A stretch of 62,689 nucleotides of DNA, the filler included, from a bacterium (GTDB lineage: Bacteria > JAMORN01), in NCBI GenBank assembly GCA_027063545.1. It is 11 parts of 11 records of this genome, joined end to end, with 100 filler letters (N's around TTAATTAATTAA, not from the genome) between each part and the next. Parts side by side here need not be neighbours in the genome. Positions count along the whole stretch, not along the records: positions 10,177 to 15,143 come from JAMORN010000115.1; positions 15,244 to 19,301 come from JAMORN010000116.1; positions 19,402 to 28,388 come from JAMORN010000117.1; 8 more parts are not named here. One strand, 5' to 3'. The first letter of the stretch is position 1. Each line of letters starts with the position of its first letter. The notes beneath the pieces were generated by a model. The model did no database searches. It was not told the DNA's origin and saw only the letters and a list, made by a program, of their open reading frames with translations. The translations under genes and the position numbers were made by a program. Positions 11,105-22,017 of this stretch are shown here, piece after piece.

Positions 11105-11935
11105 TTATAGATTACGCAGAAACTCTCTGATTTTAAGGTAATATCCCTTATTTTTTATAATATGTTTTTTGGAAAACTTTTTATTATAAATTATGGATAC
11201 TGGTTGGACTAAAATTAAACTATTTGTTAATATAACCTCATCTGCTTGCCTAAGAAATTTCAAAGGAAAACCCCGGCTTTTTTTTATAATTTTCTTAAAA
11301 CCTAAATCTTGATAGTTTTCTATTATTATCTTTTGTATAATTCCTTCTAAATAAGGCTCAAATGGTTCTACATAATATAAATTCTTGTTATAAACTACCA
11401 ATATATTTGTTATTGTTCCTTCTATAATTCTGCCTTTTTTATTGATAAAAAGCACTTCATCTATATTATAATTTTTTTTATATAAATCCCTTAAATAAAC
11501 ATTTTTCATATAGTTCATAGTCTTGTATTTTTTCAAAAAATCCTCTGTAATCTCTTTATGAATAAAACATTTGTAAAATTTATCTTCTCTAATATATGGA
11601 TATATCTGAACTAAAAAATCAACTCTTTTTTTATTAAAAAAATCACCATATATTATTTTTATTTTATGTGAATCTTTCGGCGAATTAACCCTTCTTAAAA
11701 TAAAATCTAAAACTTTATCTTCTGATATATAATCAAAATTATATAAATAATCTGGGTAGAAAGTAGCTATAGTATTTTTCATTCGCTCTAAATGCAAAGC
11801 ATAAAAGTATAACTTACTATTTTCAAATAAAATTGTCTCAAAAAAGCCATATCCATAATTAAACATATATGAATTTAAAAAAGAAGATGTTAAAAATGAT
11901 AAATCTTTATAAATCTTGCCATTAAATAAAAACAT
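11105..11935 (-). CDS. pabC: Aminotransferase class IV, probable 4-amino-4-deoxychorismate lyase
   Basis: YGYGFFET, HLERM, KTMNY, EGTITN, LEGI, LTNSL; lies downstream of pabAB. Confidence 0.8.
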   Translation of the reverse strand: MFLFNGKIYKDLSFLTSSFLNSYMFNYGYGFFETILFENSKLYFYALHLERMKNTIATFYPDYLYNFDYISEDKVLDFILRRVNSPKDSHKIKIIYGDFFNKKRVDFLVQIYPYIREDKFYKCFIHKEITEDFLKKYKTMNYMKNVYLRDLYKKNYNIDEVLFINKKGRIIEGTITNILVVYNKNLYYVEPFEPYLEGIIQKIIIENYQDLGFKKIIKKSRGFPLKFLRQADEVILTNSLILVQPVSIIYNKKFSKKHIIKNKGYYLKIREFLRNL

Positions 11936-13202
11936 TGTTCAACACCTTTTCTATATTTTGTGCTTTATATAAAATCTCTTTATATTCTTCAACGGGATCT
12001 GATAATAAAGTAATACCTCCACCCACTCCATATCTTAAAAATCCTTTGTAAAACTCTATTGTTCTTATTAAAATATTAAAATTTAATTCATTATTAAAAA
12101 AAATATATCCAAAACTTCCTGTATATATACCTCTTGGATATTTTTCTAATTCTTCAATAATTTGCATACTTCGTATTTTAGGGCATCCTGTTATACTTCC
12201 CCCTGGAAATAAAGCTCTAAAAATCTTTTCTATATTAAAATCTTCTATTTCTCCTTCTATATCTGAATATAGATGAATAACATTATTTAGTGTTTTTATT
12301 ATTGGGAAATTTTTTACTACAACCGAGCCAACTATACAAAATCTAGAAATATCGTTTCTTATTAAATCAACAATCATAGCAAGCTCACTTAAATTTTTTT
12401 TTGTCAAAAGATACTTTTTTATGTCTTCCATATTATTTTTGTTCTTTATAGTTCCTTTTATTGGAGAAGAAACTATTTTGTTACTTTTAACATAAAAAAA
12501 TCTCTCTGGAGAAGTAGAAATAATATACTTTTCATCACTAATTTTAGCAATCACACCAAAATCTATAAAATTAGAATTGTACAATTTATAGGAAAGAGTA
12601 AAAAAATCTATATTTGTTTTGTAAATAACCTTTCTTGTTAAGTTAACCTGATAAACATCTCCAGCTCTTATATAATCCTTTATTTTTTTTACATTTTTTA
12701 TAAACTCTTCTTCTGTTTGAGTATGATAAACTAATTCTATCTTATACTTAGATAAATTTATCTTTTTATTATTTGAATTTAAATCTCTTTCAGTGTTAAC
12801 TTTAATTAAAATAGCTGTTTCATCTTCATTTTTGTAAATTATATAATAATTAAATAAAGCAAAATAAAACAACGGAAAAACGTCATCTTCTATCCCATTA
12901 AAAAAATTTTTTCGTTCAATATAATGTTTATAATCATAAGATATATATCCTAATAATCCCCAATAATTATATTTATTTACTTTATGTCTATACTCTAAAA
13001 ATAGATTAAATAGATTATTTAAAAAATCTTTTCTTGTTTGTTCTAAACCATCATCTATAATTTCTAAAAAAGGGGAAATCCCTATAATATTTAAGGAATT
13101 ATACTCGGTATTTGAAAATAAATATATCCCTTTATATTCATTTATCCAAAAAAGTATATCCTCAAAATTAGGCTTTGAAATTTTACGGACTTCTATAAAC
13201 AT
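11922..13202 (-). CDS. pabB: Aminodeoxychorismate synthase component I
   Basis: GDVYQVNLT, SPERF, PIKGT (PabB-type), MIVDLIRND, FPGGSITGCPK. Confidence 0.9.
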   Translation of the reverse strand: MFIEVRKISKPNFEDILFWINEYKGIYLFSNTEYNSLNIIGISPFLEIIDDGLEQTRKDFLNNLFNLFLEYRHKVNKYNYWGLLGYISYDYKHYIERKNFFNGIEDDVFPLFYFALFNYYIIYKNEDETAILIKVNTERDLNSNNKKINLSKYKIELVYHTQTEEEFIKNVKKIKDYIRAGDVYQVNLTRKVIYKTNIDFFTLSYKLYNSNFIDFGVIAKISDEKYIISTSPERFFYVKSNKIVSSPIKGTIKNKNNMEDIKKYLLTKKNLSELAMIVDLIRNDISRFCIVGSVVVKNFPIIKTLNNVIHLYSDIEGEIEDFNIEKIFRALFPGGSITGCPKIRSMQIIEELEKYPRGIYTGSFGYIFFNNELNFNILIRTIEFYKGFLRYGVGGGITLLSDPVEEYKEILYKAQNIEKVLNNVFI

Positions 13203-13803
13203 AATCTTTAAAAAAATTTTTTATTATCTTATCTCCATTTTCTGTTAAAAAACTCTCAGGATGAAATTGTACTCCAAAAAAAGGTTTATTTTTCACCTTT
13301 AATGCCATAGGTATTTTCTCTTCTTTTGAAATAATCTCATAGGCTAAATAGTTTATATAGTTATTTGTTTTAAAAGAAACCTGTAAGGAATTATATCTTG
13401 CTGCTTTAAAAGGTGATGGAAGATTTGAAAATATATATTCACTATTGTGATATATATCTACTTGCTGACCATGTTTAGGATATTTTGACGGATAAATATC
13501 TATTCCAAAAAAATAGGATAAAAATTGGAATCCTAAACATACCCCAAAGGTTGGGATATCTTCTTTTATAACAATTTTTTTAAAAATTTCATTTAAATAT
13601 CCTGTTTCTTTAGGTGTCATAGGGCCTGGAGAGATAAAAAAAGCTGATATTTTTTCTTTTAATATTGTTAGTAAATTAGGATCATCATTTCTTAGTACAA
13701 ATATATTATAGTTTTTTCTATCTTTTTGGAGAATACTTTCTACTTGATGTTTTAAATTAAATGTAAAAGAATCATAATTATCTATTATTAATACCTTTAT
13801 CAT
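13183..13803 (-). CDS. pabA: Aminodeoxychorismate/anthranilate synthase glutamine amidotransferase component II
   Basis: IDNYDSFTFNL, SPGP, GVCLGFQ, GVQFHPES. Confidence 0.9.
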   Translation of the reverse strand: MIKVLIIDNYDSFTFNLKHQVESILQKDRKNYNIFVLRNDDPNLLTILKEKISAFFISPGPMTPKETGYLNEIFKKIVIKEDIPTFGVCLGFQFLSYFFGIDIYPSKYPKHGQQVDIYHNSEYIFSNLPSPFKAARYNSLQVSFKTNNYINYLAYEIISKEEKIPMALKVKNKPFFGVQFHPESFLTENGDKIIKNFFKDYVYRSP

Positions 13804-13899
13804 AATTTTAAGTTTTAATTTATACTTAGATTTTTTATTTTTATTCTAAGACTTTATTATTTTATTTTAAATTTAAAAATAATTTTTTAAAAAATAAAA

Positions 13900-15387
13900 A
13901 TGGTAAAAGAACACACATCTCTAATTAGGAAATTATATATTTTTCTTGATGTAATTATTGTATTTTTAACAGGTTTTTTACTTAATTATATTTTTAGTAT
14001 CTATCACGAAGAAATTATAATAATTCCTAATATAAGGGCTGAATCTTTTTATTATCTTATTTTATTCTTTAATGCTTTTTCTCTTATTTATTTTATGTAT
14101 GATGAAGGTATTTATCATTCAATTAGATACATATCCTACTGGGATATTATAAAAAAAATTGTGTTTACCTTTCTAAAAACTTTCCTTATTATATCTATTT
14201 TTTTAATACTTACAAAGCCTATAGAGTTCCCTCTATCTTATTATATAAAGTATATATTACTTCTTTTTTTTATTATAAACTTAGAAAAAATAGGAATAAA
14301 ATTCTTCCTTTCAAAAATAAGAGAAAAAGGATTTAATTATAAAAGTATTTTACTTTTAGGTAACAAGGAAGGTATAAAAGAAATAGAAGAAGATTTAATA
14401 GCTAAACATAAAGATTGGGGACTAAAAATAATAGATACTGTTTATATAGAAGATGAAAATTCTTTAGATAAACTTGAAAATGTATTAAAAAGCAGAGTCA
14501 TTGATGAGGTTTTTGTAGTTGGTAAAACTGGAGTGCCTCTTTTACAAGATGATTTAAAAAAACATGTATTTCTCATAGAGGAGTTTTGGAAACCTATAAG
14601 ATTTATTTTTACTCCTCATAGCTACATGTCTCTTGCTAAAGCTTCTATTGCTTTTTTAGATGATATTCCAACATTGTATATAAACTTTACTAATATTTCA
14701 GAAGATATGTTAATTATAAAACGAATTATGGATATCATAGGTGGTTTAATTGGTTCAATTATTACTATCTTAATATTCCCAATAGTTGGCATTATGATAA
14801 AATTAGACTCTCCTGGCCCTATTCTTTTTAAACAGAGAAGAATTGGAGAGAATGGAAGAATATTTTATATATATAAATTTAGAACTATGTACGTAGATGC
14901 TGAAGAAAGAAAAAAAGAACTTCTAAAAAATAATGAAATGAAAGGCGCAATATTTAAAATGAAAAATGATCCTAGGGTAACTAAAGTTGGAAGATTTTTA
15001 AGAAAATTTTCTATTGATGAATTTCCTCAATTTTTTAATGTTTTAAAAGGTGATATGAGTTTAGTAGGGACAAGACCTCCAACAGAAGATGAGGTTAGAA
15101 ACTATGAAAACTGGCATCACAGAAGGATTATAATAAAACCAGGNNNNNNNNNNNNNNNNNNNNNNNNNNNNNNNNNNNNNNNNNNNNTTAATTAATTAAN
15201 NNNNNNNNNNNNNNNNNNNNNNNNNNNNNNNNNNNNNNNNNNNCTTTGGCAAGTTTCGGGTAGAAATAAAATAACTGACTTTGATAAAATCGTAGAACTT
15301 GATATGGAGTATATAAAAAATTGGTCAATTTGGCTTGATATAAAAATAATATTTAAAACTATCTTTGCTCTTTTTGAAGGACAATAA
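13900..15387 (+). CDS. Polyprenyl-phosphate sugar phosphotransferase (WcaJ/CpsE-type), split by the linker at 15144-15243
   Basis: [49 protein letters not shown]...KPG. After the linker, 15244-15387 reads [36 protein letters not shown]...stop. Confidence 0.92.
15144..15243. other. Artificial linker replacing a very small real gap
   Basis: Same linker sequence; both flanks belong to the same gene. Confidence 0.9.
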
Positions 15388-15390
15388 AAT

Positions 15391-16695
15391 ATGGGAAAAA
15401 TTTATTATATTTTTTCATATATTATATTAATATCTCTTTTATTTTTAGGTTGTAAAGATAAAAACTCTAAAATAGAAATAACCCATCAAATATCTAAAGA
15501 TACTTTGATCCCCAAAAAAGAGCCAGATACTATTAAAATAATAGGTCAAATAATTCCCAATAAAGGTCTTTGGGATGCTTTACTTGCTATGAGAGTATCT
15601 CGAGAAGATGTTTTAAAAATAATAAACGTATTAAGATTTAATGTTGATTTTTATAAAAATCCTGTAAGAATTACTGATTCTCTATATGGCTTTTTTTCTC
15701 GTGATACAACAAAACTTTATAAAATTGTATATAAACCCAATTTAATAACATATCATATTGTTGAACGAATTACTCTTCCTTCTGGAAAGGATAGTTTTGT
15801 ATATAAAGGCTATACCTTACCATTTAAAAAAAGATTTAAAATCTTAACTGGAGGGTTAACTGATTCTATTAGAACCTTAGATGAAGCTTTAAGAAGAACA
15901 GGATTAAAAAATTCTTTAGTACAAGAAATAAATGATGCTCTCTCTGCTATGATAAGTTTTAGATTCGATGCTAGAGTTGGTGATAGTTTTAAGGTTTTGG
16001 TTGAAGACTATATTTATAAAGATACTATATTTGGTGGGAAGGTATATTATGCAATGTATAAAGGAAAAAGGGTTGGTAAAAAAGAGGCTTTTTGGTATGA
16101 AGACGGGCCTAATTCTTCTTATAACTCTTTTTATACAGAATCTGGGGTTGCTTTAATAAACTCTAAATTAAGATATCCTCTTGATCATATTTTTGTTGTT
16201 TCTAGATTTGGTTGGAGGATTCATCCAGTTTTAGGTATAAGAAAATTTCATAATGGGGTAGATTTTAGAGCAAGAGTAGGAACCCCTGTTTATGCAGCAG
16301 CAACAGGAATAGTAGAAAGAACAGGATATGATAGATATAGCGGTAAAAAGATTATAATCCGACATCCTGATGGGACAAGAACCTATTATCTTCATCTAAG
16401 TAGAATTTTAGTAAGAAAGGGTCAAAGGGTAAGATCAAGACAATTAATTGCATTATCTGGAGCAACTGGAAGGGTTACCGGACCTCATCTTCATTTTGGG
16501 ATAAAAGAACCAAACGGGAGATGGGCTGATCCTTTAAAGAAAAGAATGATTGCTGTAACAAGACTAAAAGGAAAACGATTAAAGAAATTTAAACGTCAAG
16601 TGGAAGTTATAAAAAGCATTCTTGATTCATTAGAGAATAAAAATAATGACGGTGGTGATAACTTTAATAATACCACCGCCTTTATTAATTCTTAA
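15391..16695 (+). CDS. M23-family peptidoglycan endopeptidase, probable lipoprotein
   Basis: LFLGC lipobox, SRFGWRIHPV, HNGVD, YLHL, TGPHLHF. Confidence 0.92.
   Translation: MGKIYYIFSYIILISLLFLGCKDKNSKIEITHQISKDTLIPKKEPDTIKIIGQIIPNKGLWDALLAMRVSREDVLKIINVLRFNVDFYKNPVRITDSLYGFFSRDTTKLYKIVYKPNLITYHIVERITLPSGKDSFVYKGYTLPFKKRFKILTGGLTDSIRTLDEALRRTGLKNSLVQEINDALSAMISFRFDARVGDSFKVLVEDYIYKDTIFGGKVYYAMYKGKRVGKKEAFWYEDGPNSSYNSFYTESGVALINSKLRYPLDHIFVVSRFGWRIHPVLGIRKFHNGVDFRARVGTPVYAAATGIVERTGYDRYSGKKIIIRHPDGTRTYYLHLSRILVRKGQRVRSRQLIALSGATGRVTGPHLHFGIKEPNGRWADPLKKRMIAVTRLKGKRLKKFKRQVEVIKSILDSLENKNNDGGDNFNNTTAFINS
16648..16680 (-). terminator. Probable intrinsic terminator for the GH9 gene, inside the 3' end of the M23 gene
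   Basis: Minus-strand stem GGCGGTGGT/ACCACCGTC (9 bp, one G-U) followed by ATTATTTTT, ~20 nt after the GH9 stop. Confidence 0.55.
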
Positions 16696-16702
16696 ATAAA
16701 TT

Positions 16703-18571
16703 TTATTTCATTAACACAACTTTCTTAACTAAATTAAAATTATTACCTTCTAACTTTATAAAATAAACTCCACTTGATAATTTACTTCCATTTAACTTAT
16801 ACCTATAACTCCCTTCTTTCATCCCCTTATTTTCTATTAAACTCTTTACTAAATTCCCTCCTATATCATATACTTTTAAACTTACCTTTGTTGGTGATGG
16901 TAAATTAAATTCTATATTTACTACTGGATTGAATGGATTTGGATAGGTTTTAAGTGAAAAATCTTTTTCCACTTTAGAATCCTTTATACCTTCCTCTTCT
17001 CCAACAGTATGAACTAAAAACGCTAAAAGAGCTACAAGAGGAGCATTATAATCATCACCACTTTCTGTATATATGTATTGATTTACATCATTTACAAAAT
17101 CATTGTAATCCTGAGGACCTCCGATTAAAGCTCCAGAATTTGGGAAAACATATTCATAACTATTTTTTAAATCATCTGGTGGATTATCATTTGTACCCAT
17201 AGCGTTTCTATGATGTACTTTAAAATAAGAATCTCCTTTAAAACCATGTATAAATGTATGTCCAAACTCATTTACTCCCATAATATAATCGGCTATTCTT
17301 CTTGCATAAAATTTTGCCCCTTCCAATGGATAAGTTCCACTTGCTTGAGAATTCTCTAATGTTACCTTTGTTTGATCTTCAAAAATCACTCCTCTTTTCC
17401 ATAGAGTATATAATAAGCCAGCAGCAAAAGCACTTCCTGCTGCTAGTTTATTTGTACCCCAACGAGAAGCAAAAAATGGAAATCCTTCAGGATGATCTTG
17501 TCCACTCTCCCAACCTAATAAAAATACATTCTTTGCTAAAAAATCTCTTATATAACCCCAATTCTCATTATTTGCATTTGGATCCTCTAAAATCATATAA
17601 TAATATGTGGCATCTGCTACAGTATCCCAACAATAAGGATAATTAGATTCCCATTTATTTTGATAGTAAGAAAAAGCCTCGTCCTTATATGTAGCATCAC
17701 CTGTTACATTATATAAAATCATAGCTGCAAGAGCAAGTTCATCCCACCAGTCTGTATTTGCAACAGGATAATAGGTTGGAATTGTAGCATTATCAGTATG
17801 ATTTTTAGCATAATTATAGGCAAGTTTTGCATAAGTTAGACACTGTTGAGCATAATCAGGATCATATTTTTTATAATGCTTATACATCAAAGCCAATGCT
17901 GTAGCATAATCAGCTGCTTGAGGGCCTCCTTTTGTTCTTGTTGCATATACAGGCCTTGGATCCCCTCCGTCCTCAACTGGTAAAGTGGATTGATAGCTTG
18001 AAGTAACCCAATATTTATGATCATAATCACCATTTCCAACATAATAAACAAAAGTATTCTCATCAGGAAATGACTTCATAAAATAATCTGTAGCAACCTT
18101 AACCTCATTCAATACATCTGGAATACCATCTGGAGGTCCATATTCTTGAGAATAATTATCCTCAAAAGCATCAGGCCATATATCATAAGCAACTAAAAGT
18201 GTTAAAGCTGCCATTCCCATTGTTACAGCAACCTTAATATGATCCCCACAATCATGCCATCCACCTGTTAAATCATGACCTTGATAAGTGTTGTCTTGAA
18301 CATCATCTATATACCATTGGCCTTGTCCATCTTGAGTATGACAATAAGGCCTATCTTGGGTTATTGGGTTTTCATGTAACATCCAATTATAAGTATCTCC
18401 ACATCTTTGAGCACCAAAAAACTTTAAAGCCATTCTTAAAGCTTCTTTATAATCTTCATAGGTAAAATTAGATTTATAACTCATATAATCATATTCTGCT
18501 TTTAAATTATATACCTCTATAATTATGAATATAAATAGCCACAAGATAGATCTTATTGTCTTCTTTTTCAT
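16703..18571 (-). CDS. Secreted GH9 endoglucanase with a T9SS/Por-like C-terminal domain
   Basis: Signal peptide, LTGGWHDCGD, DELALAA, HHR, ALIGGP, YTESGDDYNAPL; C-terminal YPNPFNP...LSSGVYF...KKVVLMK. Confidence 0.92.
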   Translation of the reverse strand: MKKKTIRSILWLFIFIIIEVYNLKAEYDYMSYKSNFTYEDYKEALRMALKFFGAQRCGDTYNWMLHENPITQDRPYCHTQDGQGQWYIDDVQDNTYQGHDLTGGWHDCGDHIKVAVTMGMAALTLLVAYDIWPDAFEDNYSQEYGPPDGIPDVLNEVKVATDYFMKSFPDENTFVYYVGNGDYDHKYWVTSSYQSTLPVEDGGDPRPVYATRTKGGPQAADYATALALMYKHYKKYDPDYAQQCLTYAKLAYNYAKNHTDNATIPTYYPVANTDWWDELALAAMILYNVTGDATYKDEAFSYYQNKWESNYPYCWDTVADATYYYMILEDPNANNENWGYIRDFLAKNVFLLGWESGQDHPEGFPFFASRWGTNKLAAGSAFAAGLLYTLWKRGVIFEDQTKVTLENSQASGTYPLEGAKFYARRIADYIMGVNEFGHTFIHGFKGDSYFKVHHRNAMGTNDNPPDDLKNSYEYVFPNSGALIGGPQDYNDFVNDVNQYIYTESGDDYNAPLVALLAFLVHTVGEEEGIKDSKVEKDFSLKTYPNPFNPVVNIEFNLPSPTKVSLKVYDIGGNLVKSLIENKGMKEGSYRYKLNGSKLSSGVYFIKLEGNNFNLVKKVVLMK

Positions 18572-18588
18572 CCTATAAACACCTCTTT

Positions 18589-19301
18589 TTACTTCATTAA
18601 TATAACCTTTTTACTATAAACAAACGAATTATTGCCTACAACTCTTACAAAATAGATACCACTTGAATATCTACTAGCATTCCATGTAAAACTGTAAGTT
18701 CCTACTTTTAAATCCTTTGCTATTGTTTCAACTAATTTTCCATTTATATCATAAATACTTATACTCTTTATTTTAACGTCTGAAGGTATTTGTATAGAAA
18801 TATTTAATACTGGATTAAATGGATTTGGATATGCATTTAAGCTAAATGTTTTTGGTATTTCTATCTCTTTTACCCCATAAAATAAATCACTAGAAGTATC
18901 AATCGGAGCCTCTTTTGCACAAATATAAGCTAATGCCCCAACTAATCCAGCATTATAATCAATTCCTCCCTCTGAACCTGTATAAGTATCTACATTATCA
19001 TTATAACTTGATGCATTTCTTGAACCACCAATCATAAGTCCAGCATACTTATTTCTATCAGGTATTCTCAATGCATTTTTGTCTGCCACATTATGATCAT
19101 CTAAATATATATTTCTATGATGTGGATGTTGAACATAATTATCCCCAAAACCAACAACAAAAGAAAGATTTGCACTATTATCACCTAAAATATAATCCAC
19201 TTGTCTATATATGAAATTTTCATATTTTGTTTTATCTAAACTCTCTCCTATAATATCTGCTAATTTTAAAAGTAAAGCCACACTAAAAGCAGCTCCTGCA
19301 T
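18589..19301 (-). CDS. Second GH9 glucanase, C-terminal fragment with a T9SS/Por-like C-terminal domain
   Basis: QVDYILGDN, SFVVGFG, PHHR, SEGGIDYNAGLVGAL; YPNPFNP...SSGIYF...KKVILMK. The frame is open to the contig end. Confidence 0.9.
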
Positions 19302-19401
19302 NNNNNNNNNNNNNNNNNNNNNNNNNNNNNNNNNNNNNNNNNNNNTTAATTAATTAANNNNNNNNNNNNNNNNNNNNNNNNNNNNNNNNNNNNNNNNNNN
19401 N
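19302..19401. other. Artificial contig linker
   Basis: N44-TTAATTAATTAA-N44. Confidence 0.98.
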
Positions 19402-19582
19402 CTTCTACATCTCTAGGAGATGCTCCTGGATATACTACTTGTATAAAGGCCCAATGAAAATCTATAGGCGGAATATCTTCTTGTGGTAATGAGAGGACAG
19501 AAAAAATACCAGCTATAATTATAATTACCATTAATAAATTTACAAAAACTTTATTTTTTACAGAAAATTCTGCTATTGACAT
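19402..19582 (-). CDS. RND efflux permease (AcrB family), N-terminal fragment
   Basis: MSIAEFSVKN...LP...P...YPGASPRDVE. Confidence 0.88.
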
Positions 19583-19592
19583 CAGTCTCTCC

Positions 19593-20666
19593 TTATATAC
19601 TATTTATTACCTTAACTTTTACAGGAAGGTTATCTCTCAAATTTTCTATGTTACTAATAATAAGAGTATCTGTATTATTTAAATCGTTAGTTAAATAATA
19701 CTCTCCAATCTTATCTATAATATTTATTTCTTTTTTTATACTCTTTCCATTCTCATATAAAAACACAAAAAACTTCCCATTTTCTTTTAATACATTATCC
19801 TCTTTAATTTTTGCTACATTTTTATAATTTTTTAATTGTATATAAAGAGTCCCACTTACTCCATCAAATAAATTATATTTTCTATTGTCAACCATAACCT
19901 CTACACTATAAGTTAATGTTTGAGGGTCTATTTCTCTTGAATATGAGAAAATCTTCCCTTTTATAGTATCACTATCCAATATAATGAATACTGAATTTAT
20001 ACTCTTTATATACTTTATAACGTCTTCAGAAACATAAACATTTGCTATTAATTTAGATAGATTTACAATTCTAAAAAGAGGCATTCCCATATTTACAAAA
20101 TCACCTTCATTCACATATCTTTTAGTTAAATAACCACTATATAGTGGTTTTACATTGGTATAAGAAAGATTTTTTTCTAGATTTTTTATATTTAAAAGCG
20201 TTGTTTTGTAAAGATTTTTAACTTTTTTATATGTACTTAAACTATTTAAATATTGAAATTTTGAAATTTTTTTCTTTGAGTATAATATTGAGTCATTTTT
20301 ATATTTAAGATAAGACATCTTTAAGTTAACCTCTAACTCCTCTATACTACTTTTAGCCTTTTCAAGATTTATTCTATAATTAAAATCATCTATTTTACAT
20401 ATAGTTTCATCTTTTCTCACATAACTACCCTCGTATTTATATATCTTCAAAACTTGACCAGAAACTTTTGCTTTTATATCATACTTTTTAAAGGCTTCTA
20501 GAATCACAGGATATTTATATTCTTTCACTACATTAGTCTTTTTTATAACATATCCTTCAAAAATTTTTTCTCTATTTTTCCCTTTAGAAGCAGGCTTTTT
20601 ACAGCCGGAAAAAATTAAAACAATCATTAAAATAAAAAGAAAAATATTTAATCTTGATTTTATCAT
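19593..20666 (-). CDS. RND efflux periplasmic adaptor (membrane fusion protein)
   Basis: IFSGC lipobox, IKAKVSGQV...EGSYVRK lipoyl half-motif, helical hairpin, VNEGDFV. Confidence 0.88.
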   Translation of the reverse strand: MIKSRLNIFLFILMIVLIFSGCKKPASKGKNREKIFEGYVIKKTNVVKEYKYPVILEAFKKYDIKAKVSGQVLKIYKYEGSYVRKDETICKIDDFNYRINLEKAKSSIEELEVNLKMSYLKYKNDSILYSKKKISKFQYLNSLSTYKKVKNLYKTTLLNIKNLEKNLSYTNVKPLYSGYLTKRYVNEGDFVNMGMPLFRIVNLSKLIANVYVSEDVIKYIKSINSVFIILDSDTIKGKIFSYSREIDPQTLTYSVEVMVDNRKYNLFDGVSGTLYIQLKNYKNVAKIKEDNVLKENGKFFVFLYENGKSIKKEINIIDKIGEYYLTNDLNNTDTLIISNIENLRDNLPVKVKVINSI

Positions 20667-20667
20667 T

Positions 20668-22017
20668 TTATTTCTCCTTTCTATTTAATAAATAATTTTC
20701 AAATTCATTTATATCTAAATTATTGCTTATATATGTTAAAATTAAACTTACAAGAGTTTTTTCTATTTGTATTTTTCGCTTTTTTACTTCCAAAAATTTT
20801 AAATATGTATCTAAATAATCTTCATAAGAAATAATTGAATCTTGGTATTGACTTTTAGCTACCTCCAAAATATTATTATATTCTTTTTCCATATCCTCAA
20901 TTTGCTTCCAAGATTTTTTCAATTCTTTTATATTTTTTTTCATAGATTCTTCAGTATTTTTTAATGTATTTATATTATAGAGCATGTTATAATAACTTGA
21001 TTTTTTATCATAGTAAGATGAGGTTATGTTGTAATAATAAGAAGGATTAAATAAAGTCCATGTCAATGTAATTCGTAAACTCCATGTATTATAACCATCA
21101 AGCTCTATTGTATTGTTCTCCTGCCATCCATATAAATATGTTAAGTTAACTATAGGTACAAACTGATAATATGAGGCTCTATATGTAAGCTCTTTAATTT
21201 TATGAGAAGATTCCTGAATTTTAATTAAAGTTGACTTTTCTTTCCAATTTTCTTTATCAATATTATAGTTTATAATCCTTTTTATTGTTGAAGAAATATC
21301 ACTATATAATATAGTATCCAACTTTATTTCTATAAATTTATTTTTTAATTGATTTTTTGTGTTCCTTAAATTTATAATAGAATTATTTAAATCTATTTTT
21401 GTTAGATTATAGTTTATTTTTGAAAGATTTAACCTATAATCTTCTATAAGTTGAGTTTCTTTTCCAACTTTTGTTTTTAGATAGCTTAATGAGTCTTTGA
21501 TAAACTTATTATAATTATATTCTACATCCAACTCTTTTAGCAATAAGTCGTAAATATTACTTATAATATCATTATATTCTTTTAATTTATTATATTTGAA
21601 ATTATAACTCTCTATATTCCTTAATATTCTATTTAATTTTATATTAGCATATAATGAAGCATTAAACAAGTTCCATGAAAGCACAAAAGAAGTTTTATAG
21701 GAGTTCTCATATATAGTAGGTTCTATATCTACCCCTGGAATAGGTATTTTATTTGATATATCCATCCTTTCAACAGTTTTTGGATCGTTTCTTGTATAGG
21801 TCTGTTGAAGTGATAAAGTAGGAAAAAGGCTTGATATAGATTTTTTGTATAAAGCGTCTTGTTTTTTATAGCTATAATAGTATTTTTTAACAATAATATT
21901 AGTTTCATCTAAACTTTTATATATATCTATTAAAAAATCATCAGCATAAGAACTATAGAAAAAAATACCAATATACAAAGATATTTTTAAGAAAAAAAGA
22001 ACTTTTCTAATTTTCAT
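20668..22017 (-). CDS. TolC-family outer membrane efflux protein
   Basis: Two LFPTLSL...LSWNLFN / FVPIVNL...LTWTLFN repeats; operon context. Confidence 0.8.
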   Translation of the reverse strand: MKIRKVLFFLKISLYIGIFFYSSYADDFLIDIYKSLDETNIIVKKYYYSYKKQDALYKKSISSLFPTLSLQQTYTRNDPKTVERMDISNKIPIPGVDIEPTIYENSYKTSFVLSWNLFNASLYANIKLNRILRNIESYNFKYNKLKEYNDIISNIYDLLLKELDVEYNYNKFIKDSLSYLKTKVGKETQLIEDYRLNLSKINYNLTKIDLNNSIINLRNTKNQLKNKFIEIKLDTILYSDISSTIKRIINYNIDKENWKEKSTLIKIQESSHKIKELTYRASYYQFVPIVNLTYLYGWQENNTIELDGYNTWSLRITLTWTLFNPSYYYNITSSYYDKKSSYYNMLYNINTLKNTEESMKKNIKELKKSWKQIEDMEKEYNNILEVAKSQYQDSIISYEDYLDTYLKFLEVKKRKIQIEKTLVSLILTYISNNLDINEFENYLLNRKEK

